From NCBI GenBank assembly GCA_963836185.1, contig CAWIIQ010000003.1, positions 480,001 to 544,000 on the forward strand: a DNA stretch of 64,000 bases, given 5' to 3'. The notes beneath the pieces are model-generated. The model searched no databases, was not told the DNA's origin, and saw only the letters and a program-made list of their open reading frames with translations. The position numbers were made by a program, and so were the translations under genes. Of this stretch, positions 1 to 10,246 are shown piece by piece (the first letter of the stretch is position 1; each line of letters begins with the position of its first letter). This DNA comes from Candidatus Krumholzibacteriia bacterium. Lineage in GTDB: Bacteria > Krumholzibacteriota > Krumholzibacteriia > Krumholzibacteriales > Krumholzibacteriaceae.

Positions 1-864
1 CACTACGAGATTCCCGAGGTCGATACGCCGGACAAGGAGCAGGTCACCGGCCTCGATATCATCGGTCCCTCAGGCACGCTCGCGCTGAAGAGGTCGGATG
101 ACGGCTGGCTGTCGCATCCTGAAGGGTACCCGCTCGATGCGGGTAAAGTCGACGCGATGCTCGACGCCCTCAGCGGTCTCGACATCGTATCGCTCGTATC
201 GGAGGCGGAAAGCTACGTGCAGTACGATCTCGACGATGACAAGCGCGTATTCGTCGAGGCGACCGGAATCGATAAGGAGCTGCTGAAGCTCGACATCGGC
301 AAGGCGGCTTCGACCCAGCGGCATACGTACGTAAAACTCCCGGACGACAAGAACGTCTACCAGGTCAGCGGCAATATCAGGCGCACATTCGATGTCGAGA
401 TATGGTCGCTGCGCGACAAGAAGGTCCTGGCCCTCGACAGGAGCGATATCACAGGCCTGACGATCGAATCAGAGGGAGAGAAGATCTCGCTGTCGAAGAT
501 CTCACGCCCTGTCGAGCCTTCCGCGGAAGGACAGCCTCCGCAGGCTGTCACCGCGTGGATCACAGCCGACAGCACGGAAGCTGACGGGACGGTAGTAGAC
601 GGCATCCTCGGCCGCCTCGCGAACCTGCAGTGCGACGGTTTCCCTGAGGACGATCAGCAGGTAGAGACTGGCGAACCGGCATTCACGCTGACGATCCATG
701 GTACGCGGGATGAGACACTGAAGATATACGGGCCGTCGGGGGAGAAGATGTTTCTGGCGACCTCGTCGCAGTACGAGTTCCCGTTCATGCTTGCCGAGTG
801 GAAACTGGGCCAGATCAGGAAGACACCATCAGAGGTCATGGGGCTGACGGAGGCCAAAGAGTAA
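1..864 (+). CDS. DUF4340-domain protein (5' end outside the window), typical accessory of Gld-like ABC systems
   Basis: Frame is open from base 1 and in frame with ORF 157..864. Contains motifs 'WLSHPEGYPLDAGKVDAML' and 'WSLRDKKVL', in a duplicated DUF4340-like layout. Confidence 0.7.
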   Translation, partial: HYEIPEVDTPDKEQVTGLDIIGPSGTLALKRSDDGWLSHPEGYPLDAGKVDAMLDALSGLDIVSLVSEAESYVQYDLDDDKRVFVEATGIDKELLKLDIGKAASTQRHTYVKLPDDKNVYQVSGNIRRTFDVEIWSLRDKKVLALDRSDITGLTIESEGEKISLSKISRPVEPSAEGQPPQAVTAWITADSTEADGTVVDGILGRLANLQCDGFPEDDQQVETGEPAFTLTIHGTRDETLKIYGPSGEKMFLATSSQYEFPFMLAEWKLGQIRKTPSEVMGLTEAKE

Positions 865-944
865 CGTCATCATCGCGTGCCAGATATTAGTATCGCCCGG
901 ACCCGGCCGATGCGCCGGGCCGGGCGACAGTTATCCTTTGAGGA

Positions 945-1678
945 TCATGGCAATGTAATAAAGATCCATTTGTCTCCGGTAGCCGAACCCCCATTCCCAT
1001 CGTATGCGATGATCTGCCAGTTGAACGTAGTGCCGGCATAGAAGGTCCCCTGGATCGAAAGAGGTCCTCCGAGATGCCGAATCCATACTGGATCCATCCC
1101 ATCTGGCTGCCGTTTCTCTTGATCCATACATCGTAGGTCATGTCGTCGCCGTCCGGATCGAGACAGTCCCAGTGGAGCATGAATTGATCTGACCGGACAG
1201 AATCGGCGTCCGCCTCAGGCTCAGGATCGAACGGTTTGAACGGCGGGTTGTTGAAGCCGTCTCCCGTGGTAAACGACCATTCGTACCTTGTGTAGTCATA
1301 CTGATTCGAATCATGGACCGTGACGCTCCAGATATATGATGTGTTGGGGTCCAGCGTGCCCGGATAGTCATACCTGAAAATTCCGGTCACGCCCGATTCA
1401 ATGGTATCGGCAAGCACACGGCCCTGATAGATGTCCGTAATCAGGAAATGGTATTCCATGTCCCATCCCGGAAGTTCATCCGCGCCAAAAAAATAGAAGG
1501 CAGGTTGCCTGCTCTGCGCCGTGTCGGCGCTGTCGGGATAGGCGTAATATATTCCGTCGAAGTCCTGCCGCGACGGCTTCACGGGGCCCGTCAAGGCCTC
1601 CGTGTCATCTGATCCGCAGGCAGAGTATGTGATGATAATTCCGCACAGGATGAATACTGCGATCAAACGGACCTTCAT
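945..1678 (-). CDS. FN3/Ig-like repeat lipoprotein, frameshifted near 1040-1060
   Basis: Lipobox YSAC and NNPP...W.C.DPDGD..YDV repeat. The natural C-terminus (GTFYAGTTFNWQIIAYDGNGGSATGDKWIFITLP*) lies in the 945..1127 frame. Confidence 0.7.
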
Positions 1679-1770
1679 TTGATACCCTCCATGAAAGTAG
1701 CATTACCGGAAAGGGCTGGCAAATTTTCGCAGGTCCGAATGTATTACAGTACTCGACTTATGTAAACAAC

Positions 1771-3408
1771 TTACATCACGTACAGCATCAACGTGCTGGT
1801 GACCTTCCCACGCCAGAAGCTTCTATGGAAATATCCCACCTCGGATATCGTGGACTCTTCCTCCGTGACTATATCGACAAAGAGCTCGAACGAGCCGGAG
1901 AAGCGACCCAGGTCACCTGAGTCAAACGAATAAGATCCACTGTTAGGGACACTGACATGCATGTTCTGCCCCAGGCCGTTGCGGACATACAGATCTACAG
2001 TGCCGGTGCCCGGGCAGCTCGAATACCACTCGACTGTGAATCCATCCAGCGAAACGTTGGTGCTCATACCCGGGCTGGTGAAATATTGCTCGCAGTCTGG
2101 CATTTCCACATCCACTTCGAGATAACTGATTCCTCCGCTGGGGCTGACCACGAATGCATATGTCGATCCGAGAGTCAGGAACGGCTCATTCTGAGGGTCG
2201 CGGTAGAAATAGAACGGCTCGTAGGTACCGAGCCATTCGAGGCTGTAGGGACCTCCGTTGACGGCATATGGCTGAAGGGGCTCGATGGGGCCGTCCGGGG
2301 CGTATGCGGCGTCGAACCTCGCTTTCATCATGTCACTGCGTGTCACGGTCCCGTAATACGAGATATTCCGGATCACCTCGATCTCCGCGTATATCTCGTT
2401 CGCCGTCGTGAATGTCCAGAAGGGGCCGTGTGTCTCCCCGCCTTCGCCGTCATGTGCGGTGACGCTCCATGAGTACTCTGTGTTCCCGCGCATCCCGTCC
2501 ACGTAGACGATAGTCTCCGATATGCCGGTCGCGATCTGCAGCTCCATCAGCGGTGGCCCGAACCATACGTCGTAGGTCAGCGGGTCGCCGTCGGGATCGC
2601 TGCATGTCCAGGAGAGCGACGTGTGGAGGCCCGCCGCGGGTTCATCATCCGCAGGATGGGGTGCAGAGGGCACCGCCGGGGGATTGTTCTCCGCTTCCGT
2701 TGTGAAGGTGTGGAAGAGGCTGGGTGTCATGCCTCCCTGGTCGTCACGCGCGATAATATACCATGAGTACTCCATGTCGTTATAGAGGGAGCCGAGATTA
2801 TGCGACGTCCCCGTCTGGCCCTCACTTACAACATCCAACCCGAAGCCGTCGTTGAAGTAGACGTCATAGACGACCGGATCCCCGTCCGGGTCCATGCATT
2901 CATCCCAGAACAGGGTAAGATCATCGGCGTCGACGTCGGTCGCATCATCTTCCGGAATCAGCCCGACCGGCTGCGATGGCGGATTGTTTGTACCGCTGCC
3001 GGTAGTGAAGGTGAAAAGACCACAATCTACCGGATCATTTATCTCGTCATCGGCTAATACGTACCAGCTGTACTCTGTGTCCGCGGCGAGATTGTCCCCG
3101 CTCCATTCGAGGGTATACTGATCCGTTACAGTCTCCTGGAGAGTATTGAGCAGGTCGTCCGCCTCATATATGACATGGGTGAAGATCAGGTCGTCGCCGT
3201 CAGGATCATCGCACTCCCATATGAAAGTCGGGCTGATACTCTGGTCTGTGGCATTATCCCCGGGATAGACCAGGGTCGGAGAATCAGGCGGATCGTTCGG
3301 GTCGGGCGGATCAGTCTCGCTCGTACCTGGAGTTGTCTCGCAGCCGGAGAACACCGACAGGGCGAGCAGAATCAGCAGAACAACCAGAAGTGTTCCGGAA
3401 AGTCTCAT
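1771..3408 (-). CDS. Lipoprotein with three FN3/Ig-like repeats and a C-terminal domain of unknown function
   Basis: Lipobox FSGC; three NxPP..P...W.C.DPDGD...Y.W...A.D...FTT units. Confidence 0.8.
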   Translation of the reverse strand: MRLSGTLLVVLLILLALSVFSGCETTPGTSETDPPDPNDPPDSPTLVYPGDNATDQSISPTFIWECDDPDGDDLIFTHVIYEADDLLNTLQETVTDQYTLEWSGDNLAADTEYSWYVLADDEINDPVDCGLFTFTTGSGTNNPPSQPVGLIPEDDATDVDADDLTLFWDECMDPDGDPVVYDVYFNDGFGLDVVSEGQTGTSHNLGSLYNDMEYSWYIIARDDQGGMTPSLFHTFTTEAENNPPAVPSAPHPADDEPAAGLHTSLSWTCSDPDGDPLTYDVWFGPPLMELQIATGISETIVYVDGMRGNTEYSWSVTAHDGEGGETHGPFWTFTTANEIYAEIEVIRNISYYGTVTRSDMMKARFDAAYAPDGPIEPLQPYAVNGGPYSLEWLGTYEPFYFYRDPQNEPFLTLGSTYAFVVSPSGGISYLEVDVEMPDCEQYFTSPGMSTNVSLDGFTVEWYSSCPGTGTVDLYVRNGLGQNMHVSVPNSGSYSFDSGDLGRFSGSFELFVDIVTEEESTISEVGYFHRSFWRGKVTSTLMLYVM

Positions 3409-3499
3409 GGCGGGACCGTCCTTTCGTGCCGGATCGATTTTTCTATATAAATAAGCCTCTATGGAAAGACTGTATCAGTCCGCGCCGCGGCCTGTCAAC

Positions 3500-4249
3500 C
3501 TAGTCATCAAGACTGCCGAGCAATCTCGTGATACGCGCCAGCAGGCCGCCCGGCTGCGCGCGTGTCGTGAATGTCCAGGTGGGGCTGAAGGTCACTTCGC
3601 CATGTGAGTCGGTGGAGGATATACGCCAGAAGTAGACGGTTTCGTAGTCGAGGGCGGGCAGGGTCCATGATGTCTCGGTGAGGTGTGTAGCGACCAGCGC
3701 GGGGTCTGTTACAGTGTCGAAGTATACATTGTAGGTGAGGACGTCATCCAGGTCGGGATCGTCAGCGGACCATGTAAGATGAATCCCGCTTATCTGGACA
3801 TCGATTGCGCCGTCGGCCGGGCCAGGGTCGGCTGGCGGGTACGGCGGCTCGTTAAACTCGACGGGAGTGAAGAAGGTCCACCAAGCACTCTCCGAGGTCG
3901 TGAGGCCGTCTGTTGCGACGATCCTCCAGGTGTACATCTTGCTTTCTTCAAGGACGAATCCTGTGTCCATCGTCTTGAGGAGTGTCTGGCTGGCGAAGGC
4001 GGGAATGTCGCCGTTTTCCATCAACTGGAAATTGTAGATCACCTCATCACCGTCTGGGTCGGAGCATTCCCATGAGACGGTGAGGGTTCTTCTCATGTAG
4101 TCGGAGCTGTCTGCTGGCTCGAGCAGTTGCGGAACCCTCGGTGGTGAGTTTTCCGGCGCTATCGGCGATTCATCCTCGCCGCATGAGGCGAAGAGTCCCA
4201 TCGAGAGGACTGCGATAACAGCGAGGATATTTATCAGTGTCGATTTCAT
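3500..4249 (-). CDS. Lipoprotein with two FN3/Ig-like repeats
   Basis: Lipobox FASC; same repeat as the two neighbouring genes. ATG at 4249 (alternative TTG at 4261). Confidence 0.8.
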   Translation of the reverse strand: MKSTLINILAVIAVLSMGLFASCGEDESPIAPENSPPRVPQLLEPADSSDYMRRTLTVSWECSDPDGDEVIYNFQLMENGDIPAFASQTLLKTMDTGFVLEESKMYTWRIVATDGLTTSESAWWTFFTPVEFNEPPYPPADPGPADGAIDVQISGIHLTWSADDPDLDDVLTYNVYFDTVTDPALVATHLTETSWTLPALDYETVYFWRISSTDSHGEVTFSPTWTFTTRAQPGGLLARITRLLGSLDD

Positions 4250-4262
4250 AATCAAATCCAAT

Positions 4263-4292
4263 AAAAAGCGCCGGGATGATACCCGGCGCTTT
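4263..4292 (-). terminator. Intrinsic terminator after the small Cys-rich gene
   Basis: Stem AAAGCGCCGGG/CCCGGCGCTTT with a U-tract on the minus strand. Confidence 0.8.
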
Positions 4293-4320
4293 CATTGATT
4301 CATAAGAGCATTGTCCGGGA

Positions 4321-4470
4321 TTACTTGCTGAGGTTCTCCCAGAGGATCTTCACCTGCTCTTTGGTCAGCTTGACCTTGCCGCCGTCGTCGTCGACGATGA
4401 TTACTTCGTCGTTCTCGACGGTGACTTCGGGGCAGCACTTGCCCTCGCTGCAGAGATTGAACTTCTTCAT
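4321..4470 (-). CDS. 49-aa small Cys-rich protein MKKFNLCSEGKCCPEVTVENDEVIIVDDDGGKVKLTKEQVKILWENLSK (absent from the ORF track)
   Basis: Strong RBS AGGAGGT, host-like codon usage, upstream TTGACA, and its own terminator. Confidence 0.8.
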   Translation of the reverse strand: MKKFNLCSEGKCCPEVTVENDEVIIVDDDGGKVKLTKEQVKILWENLSK

Positions 4471-4500
4471 TTTCGACCTCCTTGTTAGTCCGATGCTGTC

Positions 4501-4545
4501 AAGTTACGTAATAAGGCTTTATTGTGTCAATCTGTAATGCTTACA
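4501..4545 (-). promoter_or_regulatory. Putative sigma70 promoter with an adjacent palindromic operator
   Basis: TTGACA (4530-4525), 18-nt spacer, TAACTT (4506-4501); palindrome TGTAA-N3-TTACA at 4533-4545. Confidence 0.45.
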
Positions 4546-4587
4546 AAATTCATCAGAAAGGCCGCCAGATCCCACTGGCCGGGCCTG

Positions 4588-5023
4588 TCAGCCGCCTTTG
4601 GTGTACTTGATGAACCTTGCCGATATCGCCTTCATCTCCTCGTCATTGCTCGATTCTGAGCCGGATGTCGTAGTCTTGACTCCGCTCTTCGTCTCGGTCG
4701 TCTCGGTCGTTTCCGACCAGGAGGTGCCGCCTTCTTTGATGTATACATCGAGGCCGAGGATAACGACGGCGTCGGCGCCCTTCTCGCGGGCCTTCTCGAT
4801 GATCTTCTCCTGCATCTTCTCGGAACTGGTAAACGAGCCTGCCGTCGCGGTGAGGTGTCCCATCACCTCGTACTCGCCCTTGATGTCCTCGAGCGCAAAA
4901 TAGACATCGACGTTGGCGGTCGGGGCGTATGACTTCCCGACGTAGTCGATCTTGGTACATGAGACTGTCAGCAGGACAGCCAGTGCGAGCAGCGAGAGCT
5001 TTCTATCGATGACGGATCCTCAT
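4588..5023 (-). CDS. Small lipoprotein with a YbjQ/dodecin-like fold, frameshifted just after the start
   Basis: RBS GGAGG and ATG at 5023. After a 1-nt shift the frame reads VIDRKLSLLALAVLLTVSC|TKIDYVGKSYAPT...KAREKGADAVV. Confidence 0.6.
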
Positions 5024-5114
5024 CCCGGACCTCCTCCGCTTCAGGGGGCCATAAGGGTTTAAATTACCAGGGCGATAATATCAGGATTCATGAAAAGTGC
5101 AAAACCGTTTTTGC

Positions 5115-5146
5115 AAAAAGGGGCGCCTCCCTGTGGAGACGCCCCT
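5115..5146 (-). terminator. Intrinsic terminator after the S9 peptidase gene
   Basis: Stem AGGGGCG(C)CTCC/GGAG(A)CGCCCCT with a U-tract on the minus strand. Confidence 0.75.
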
Positions 5147-5181
5147 GAATCAGCGGTTGTCGCTGTCCTTTGGCCGCCGCT

Positions 5182-7908
5182 TTATTCGACCGATACGAGC
5201 TCGGAGGTGACTGAGCCGCCGCCGGCCATCGCCGGGAGCTGCATAGTCGCCCTGACCTGGCGGTGTGTCTTCGTATCGATGAAGACAGTGCCGCCGCCGG
5301 GCTCGTTGCCCATCGGCCTGAGCTCTACCTTGAACGCCTCGAAGGTCCCGGCCGGGACGGTCACGTCCTCGATCCCGGTCACCTCGACGACGTATACCTT
5401 AACCTGCTGCGAGAGCAGGTCGAAGTAGCGGAGCGAGGTCTTGTATTTCGGGGCGAGCGGCAGGCCGGAGATGGCGAGGTCGAGCGCCGTGCCGTCGCCG
5501 AATACCGGGGCCTCGAGCGCCGTGTCCACGGGGAGCGCCTGCGGGCCCATGACGATCTCGCCTGTTACGGCGGTCTCGCTGTACTCCATCGTCACCGTCG
5601 CGCCGCCCTGCTTGACGCCCCGGTAGAGGGGCAGCAGGTTCGTGCCGTCGACGATGAATGTATCGATCGCGTTGCCCATCATGCTGGTCTGCGTCGATAC
5701 GGTCATCCAGCCGGGCTTTCCGTCGAACTGTCCCTCGGAGATCTCGATTACTACATCGAGGTCGACTTCCATGCCCTGTACGCTGGCGACAGCCTTGTAC
5801 GAGAGCTTGGCCGGCGTGATCAGGTTCGCGTCGACTGCCGGGAGAGCGCGCGGTCATGGCGGCGTCGAGGTCGCCCTCGGGCTCCTGCAGCGTCACCGAA
5901 GCGACGGGGACCATCAGTGCGTCATAATTCTTCTGGATCTCGGGCCTGACATCCTCCTGGATACGTCCGCCGAGATGCTTGGAGAAGAACTTCTCCATCG
6001 CTACGTACATCGCCACACGATTGTCCTCGTTGGAGAATCCATGTCCCTCGTCGTCGGCGACCATGTACTCGACATCGCGGCCGAGGTCGCGCATCGCGAC
6101 GACGATCTGGTCAGACTCGGCCTTGACGACGCGGGGGTCGTTGGCGCCCTGGACGACGAGCAGAGGAGCGGTGATCTTGTCGGCCGAGAAGAGGGGCGAC
6201 TGCTTCTTGAGCCGCTCCATGTCCTCTGGATTCTCGGGATCGCCGACCTGCTCGTTGAGGAACTTCCTCGCCGTCTCCCAGTATGCGGGGATCGAGTTGA
6301 GGAATGTCAGCATGTTCGAGACGCCTACATAAGAGATGCCGCAGGCGTATACGTCAGGTGTGAAGGCCAGTCCGGCCAGCGTCGCGTAGCCGCCGTACGA
6401 ACCGCCGTAGATCGCGACCTTCTCCGGATCGGCGATACCCTTGTCGATGAGGTAATTGACACCGTCGGTGATGTCGTCCTGCATCGTAAAGCCCCACTGC
6501 TTCTTGCCGGCGTTGAAGAACGCCTTGCCGTATCCGGTCGATGCCCTGAAGTTGGGCTGGAAGACGGCATAGCCGCGGTTCGCCATGTACTGGACCTCGG
6601 GGTTGTAACCCCACATGTCACGCGCCCACGGGCCGCCGTGCGGGTGGATGACTACGGGAAGGTTCTTCGCCTTTACGCCCTTCGGAACGGTGAGGTAGCC
6701 GTGGACGGTAAGTCCGTCGCGGGTCTTGTACTTGACCGGCTTCATCTCGGCGAGGTGTTCGGTCGGCAGGTTCGGCCTGGGCCTGTACTGCAGTTCGACT
6801 TCGCCCGTCTCCATGTCGTAGAGATAGGCGGCGCCGGGATCGACGTCGCTCGTGACGTGACGAACCAGTAACGGTCGTCGTTAGTCGTCGCGCCGAGGTA
6901 GATGTCGCCGTCGGGCAGTTGTTTCTTCAGCTTCTTGTACGCCTTCTCGAAATCCTTGTCGTGGAACTCGATCCTCATCCTGTCGCCGACATAGTACGTG
7001 GCGAGCAGTTTCTTTGTCACGTTTGAGAATACCGTTCCGCCGAAATCGACTTCCTTCTTCGGGTCCGACTCGACGAGCTTTTCCTCGCCTGTCTCGATGT
7101 TGAAGAGGGTCAGGCGGGAGAGGTCGTTTTCCTCGCCTATGTTCGTGTCGAGGTAGACGCGTTTTCCGTCCTCGTGGAATCGGATGACGCCGACGCTTTC
7201 TTCGTTTGTCGACTTGATGATCGAGACGAATCTTGTCGCCATCGATGCGGAAATACTCGGTGCCGCCGTCGTCGGTCGTCTTTGCCAGAAGCCTGAGGTT
7301 GCCGTCGAGATCGAAATCGTATCCGGCGTATCCCTCGGTGTTCTCGAAGATGAGCTCGCGCTCGCCTGTCGAGAGGCGTGAGGCGGTAGAGATCGTGATA
7401 CCGCTCGTCGCGGTCGTTCAGGCCTATGTAGATGATATCGGGGGTCTTTTCGGGGAACGAGTAGAACATCGCCCTGATCCCGTCGATATCGGTGAGGTCA
7501 CGGGCTGCCGGGACGCCTGTCGCGGCTTCGGGTTTGCCCTTCGGGATCGATCACGAAGAGATGGAAGTTTTCGTCTCCGCCCTTGTCCTGGACGTAGATG
7601 ACGTATTTTCCATCCTGCGACCAGCCGTAATCGCGGACGTTGCGGATAGTGTCGGCCGAGAGGGGGATCGCGTCTTCGAACGGCTCGTCCTTACCCTTTA
7701 CCCAGATATTAAGCTTGCCTTTGTACGGTTTTAGAAACGAGATATGCATCCCGTCAGGCGAGATCTGTCCTCGTGCGATCTCGGGATCGCTGAAGAATAT
7801 CTCGCGGTCGATGATCGGGGGCAGCTTGTCGAGATAATCGAGCTGCTCCGCCGGTGCGCTGGCGGCCATCAGAGCGACGGCGACCAGGGCCAGAAGCGCC
7901 TTCCTCAT
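5182..7908 (-). CDS. Secreted S9 (prolyl oligopeptidase family) peptidase with a C-terminal DUF3108-like beta domain, split over about five frames
   Basis: Signal peptide, beta-propeller region, HGGPW, catalytic GGSYGG / NDPRV / EGHGF. Fragments: 7498-7908, 7137-7469, 6742-7242, 5399-6814, 5182-5772. Confidence 0.88.
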
Positions 7909-8201
7909 TGGGGTCCTCCTTCCCTTTCGGGATGGTTGAGTGTTCGTATAGAAAGCCTTGATCAGACAAGCATTCTATAGACTGGCTGTATGGATACTAC
8001 CTTGAACGAGCGGAGAGTATTCAAAGTTTCAGGAAAAATTTCAATAAGAAATCCTTCTTATTATCCCAAATCGTCCTGAATCGGGGCCGTGTGGCTTTTC
8101 CGGGTGTGTTCCGGGCTGCTGGCAGTCTATTTGAATATTCCGGGGCCGCTTTACATATATGTAAAAACGGCGTATATTGAAAGGGTCAAAGCTTCTGGTG
8201 T

Positions 8202-8556
8202 GGGGGCGAAAGGATTCGACGGGGATAGATGAAGTGAGAGAAGCGTGCCGAGGTGCCATCAGCCCTCGTAAAACAGGTGGCAAAACACAACTGCCAACGA
8301 CAACTTGGCACTGGCAGCCTAAATAGGCTGTCCGTCCGCTCATCCCGTGCCGACGGGGGATGATAACGGGCGACGATTTCCGGCGGCTGGCTGGTAGACA
8401 CTCACCTGGAAAACCGGCGAGAAACTAAAGGTGATAGCGTCATGGCAACATTGCCTGGAGGGGCACCGTGAGGCGAATCAATTACTCCGGGCTACGCACG
8501 TAGAAGTCTCATGGAAGTATTTTCGGACGTGGGTTCGATTCCCACCGCCTCCACCA
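8202..8556 (+). ncRNA. ssrA: tmRNA (transfer-messenger RNA), tag peptide ANDNLALAA
   Basis: 5' GGGGGCGAAAGGATTCGACGGG; 3' GTGGGTTCGATTCCCACCGCCTCCACCA with a G3-U acceptor pair; tag ORF at 8293-8322. Confidence 0.97.
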
Positions 8557-8584
8557 TTTAAACACACCGCCCATAGCATGGGCG
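8550..8584 (+). repeat. attL-like copy of a 35-bp direct repeat (ssrA 3' end plus downstream hairpin)
   Basis: TCCACCATTTAAACACACCGCCCATAGCATGGGCG matches 9533-9567 with 2 mismatches. Confidence 0.85.
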
Positions 8585-8587
8585 GTG
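8565..8587. terminator. Hairpin downstream of ssrA
   Basis: CACCGCCCAT-AGC-ATGGGCGGTG, a perfect 10-bp stem. Confidence 0.6.
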
Positions 8588-8662
8588 GAGTTCTTCCCAC
8601 CGCCACCGCGCCTGTCAAGTACGTGACGTGCGAGCTCGTTTGGGAACTTTGTGAAGTTAGTG

Positions 8663-9154
8663 TTAGTCTGAAAAATCCTCGCAAAAGATCACTTCGACGA
8701 TTTTGTACGTCTTCATCCCGACGGGCAGTTGCACGTCCACGACTTCACCCTGCTTGTGGCCGATGAGCGCTCTTGCCAGTGGAGCGGTGTAAGCGATGAT
8801 ACCCTTATCATAATCGGATTCGCCTTCGCCGAGAAACGTGAATATCATCTCGTCACTGGAGTTGACGTCTTTTATTTTTACCTGTTTGCCGAAGGTTACG
8901 GTGTTTTCTGGAAGGAGTTCTTGTTTTCGAACTACATTGGATCCGGAAAGCCGTCTTTGAAGTTCGCGTAGCTTGTTTGCATAGAATACTTGCTTTTCCT
9001 TTGCGGCGCTGTACTCGGCGTTTTCCTTCAGGTCGCCGTGGGCGGCTGCTGTCGCGATTTCTTTTGCGATATCTTGTTTGACCAGTTTGTCCAATCGTTG
9101 GATCTCGTCCCTCAGTTTAAGATAGCCTTTTTCGGTGCAGTAGTATTGAGCCAT
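8663..9154 (-). CDS. greA: Transcription elongation factor GreA
   Basis: Signature HGDLKENAEY.AAKE.Q; C-terminal IAYTAPLARALIG.K.GE.V.V.LP.G. Confidence 0.95.
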   Translation of the reverse strand: MAQYYCTEKGYLKLRDEIQRLDKLVKQDIAKEIATAAAHGDLKENAEYSAAKEKQVFYANKLRELQRRLSGSNVVRKQELLPENTVTFGKQVKIKDVNSSDEMIFTFLGEGESDYDKGIIAYTAPLARALIGHKQGEVVDVQLPVGMKTYKIVEVIFCEDFSD

Positions 9155-9532
9155 GTCAGCCTCTTGATAGGGTGAACTCTTTAAAATCTCCTATTAAGAA
9201 AGATCTATTTAATATGGTCGCGAGCGCCGCAACCTTCGTCGCGGTGCCAGCAGTTATGAACTGAACTATATTATAATAGGGAACTTCATTGCAACAGTCC
9301 GCGCATCTCCTTCCGAAGCCAGGGTCGGATGGCAGCGATAGTCAAAGATAAGTGCTTGTTATAAAAGTCAATACGTCATGATCATGAAAAATGTTACAAG
9401 ATTCAGTGTACACTGAGAAATAAGACGATTTGCTTTTCCGCGGTTCGCTTGGATACTGGTTGCCAGCACCGTAAGCAGTCCTGGGACCACTTGACTAAGA
9501 CGAGTCGATGGTTCGAATTCTTTGCGACGGTG

Positions 9533-9567
9533 TCCACCATTTAAACACATCGCTCATAGCATGGGCG
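9533..9567 (+). repeat. attR-like second copy of the ssrA 3'-end direct repeat
   Basis: TCCACCATTTAAACACATCGCTCATAGCATGGGCG. Confidence 0.85.
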
Positions 9568-9598
9568 TGACCTGCCCCCCGATTTAATACCACTCTGA
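9568..9598 (+). mobile_element. Orphan IS3-family-like terminal inverted repeat
   Basis: TGACCTGCCCCCCGATTTAATACCA resembles IS3-family ends as I recall them (TGA.CTGCCCC...TACCA). It starts exactly where the repeat homology stops. No transposase nearby. Confidence 0.45.
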
Positions 9599-9625
9599 GA
9601 CTCAAACTGCCTCCTTGATTGACCC

Positions 9626-10231
9626 TCACTTCAGTATGACGACCGATCTTGTCAGATCGATGTCACCTGCAGAAAGCCTCACGAAGTAGACTCCAGACGG
9701 GACGCGTGCGCCTATACTGTTTCTCAGGTCCCATACGAAGTTTCGCTCGCCGGTCGAACCGGCTGCATCGTTCCAGCCGCGAACGAGGCGGCCGGCAGCG
9801 TCGTAGACGAGGAGACGTACAGGCTGCGGCTTTCCGGTGCGGAACCGGAAATTGATCCCGCCCTGTGCCGGATTGGGCCATGGCGGCGCGAAATAGAACT
9901 CGGAGCCGGTGATGTCGTGCTCGACTGAGGTCACCTCGCCGGTCACCTCGACGCCCCTGATATATCCGACCGCATAATCGTCGACACGTACCTCGAGGTC
10001 GTACGTTCCGGGGGGTATGTCGTCGATACAGAAGGCTCCCGTTTCGTCCGTAGCGCCGTGATGCCCCGTGTATGCTCCCGCTTGTGTACGAACGAAGATG
10101 CCGGCCCGGGCGATGTTTTCGCCCGTTGTACCGTCGCGGATCGTCCCGCATATCGTCCCCGCCGACAGATTCCCTGTCGCCAGTATAGCTGTGAGCAGGA
10201 GAGAAGACGCTAAGATTTTCCATCGTCTCAT
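9626..10231 (-). CDS. Secreted protein: carboxypeptidase-regulatory-like domain plus FlgD-Ig/T9SS-like C-terminal sorting domain
   Basis: Signal peptide; GTIRDGTTGE.I..A...TDETGAF; PWPNP...VYDAAGRLVR...WD...VPSGVYF. Confidence 0.82.
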   Translation of the reverse strand: MRRWKILASSLLLTAILATGNLSAGTICGTIRDGTTGENIARAGIFVRTQAGAYTGHHGATDETGAFCIDDIPPGTYDLEVRVDDYAVGYIRGVEVTGEVTSVEHDITGSEFYFAPPWPNPAQGGINFRFRTGKPQPVRLLVYDAAGRLVRGWNDAAGSTGERNFVWDLRNSIGARVPSGVYFVRLSAGDIDLTRSVVILK

Positions 10232-10246
10232 ATCAGTGTCTCCCGC

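Noticed and set aside
8041-8766. ORFs overlapping the tmRNA region
   Set aside because: Explained by ssrA and greA; no protein-like features.
9490-9539. tRNA-like look (GGTTCGAAT ... CCACCA) before the second repeat
   Set aside because: No T-stem or cloverleaf can be built; the CCACCA is explained by the ssrA repeat.
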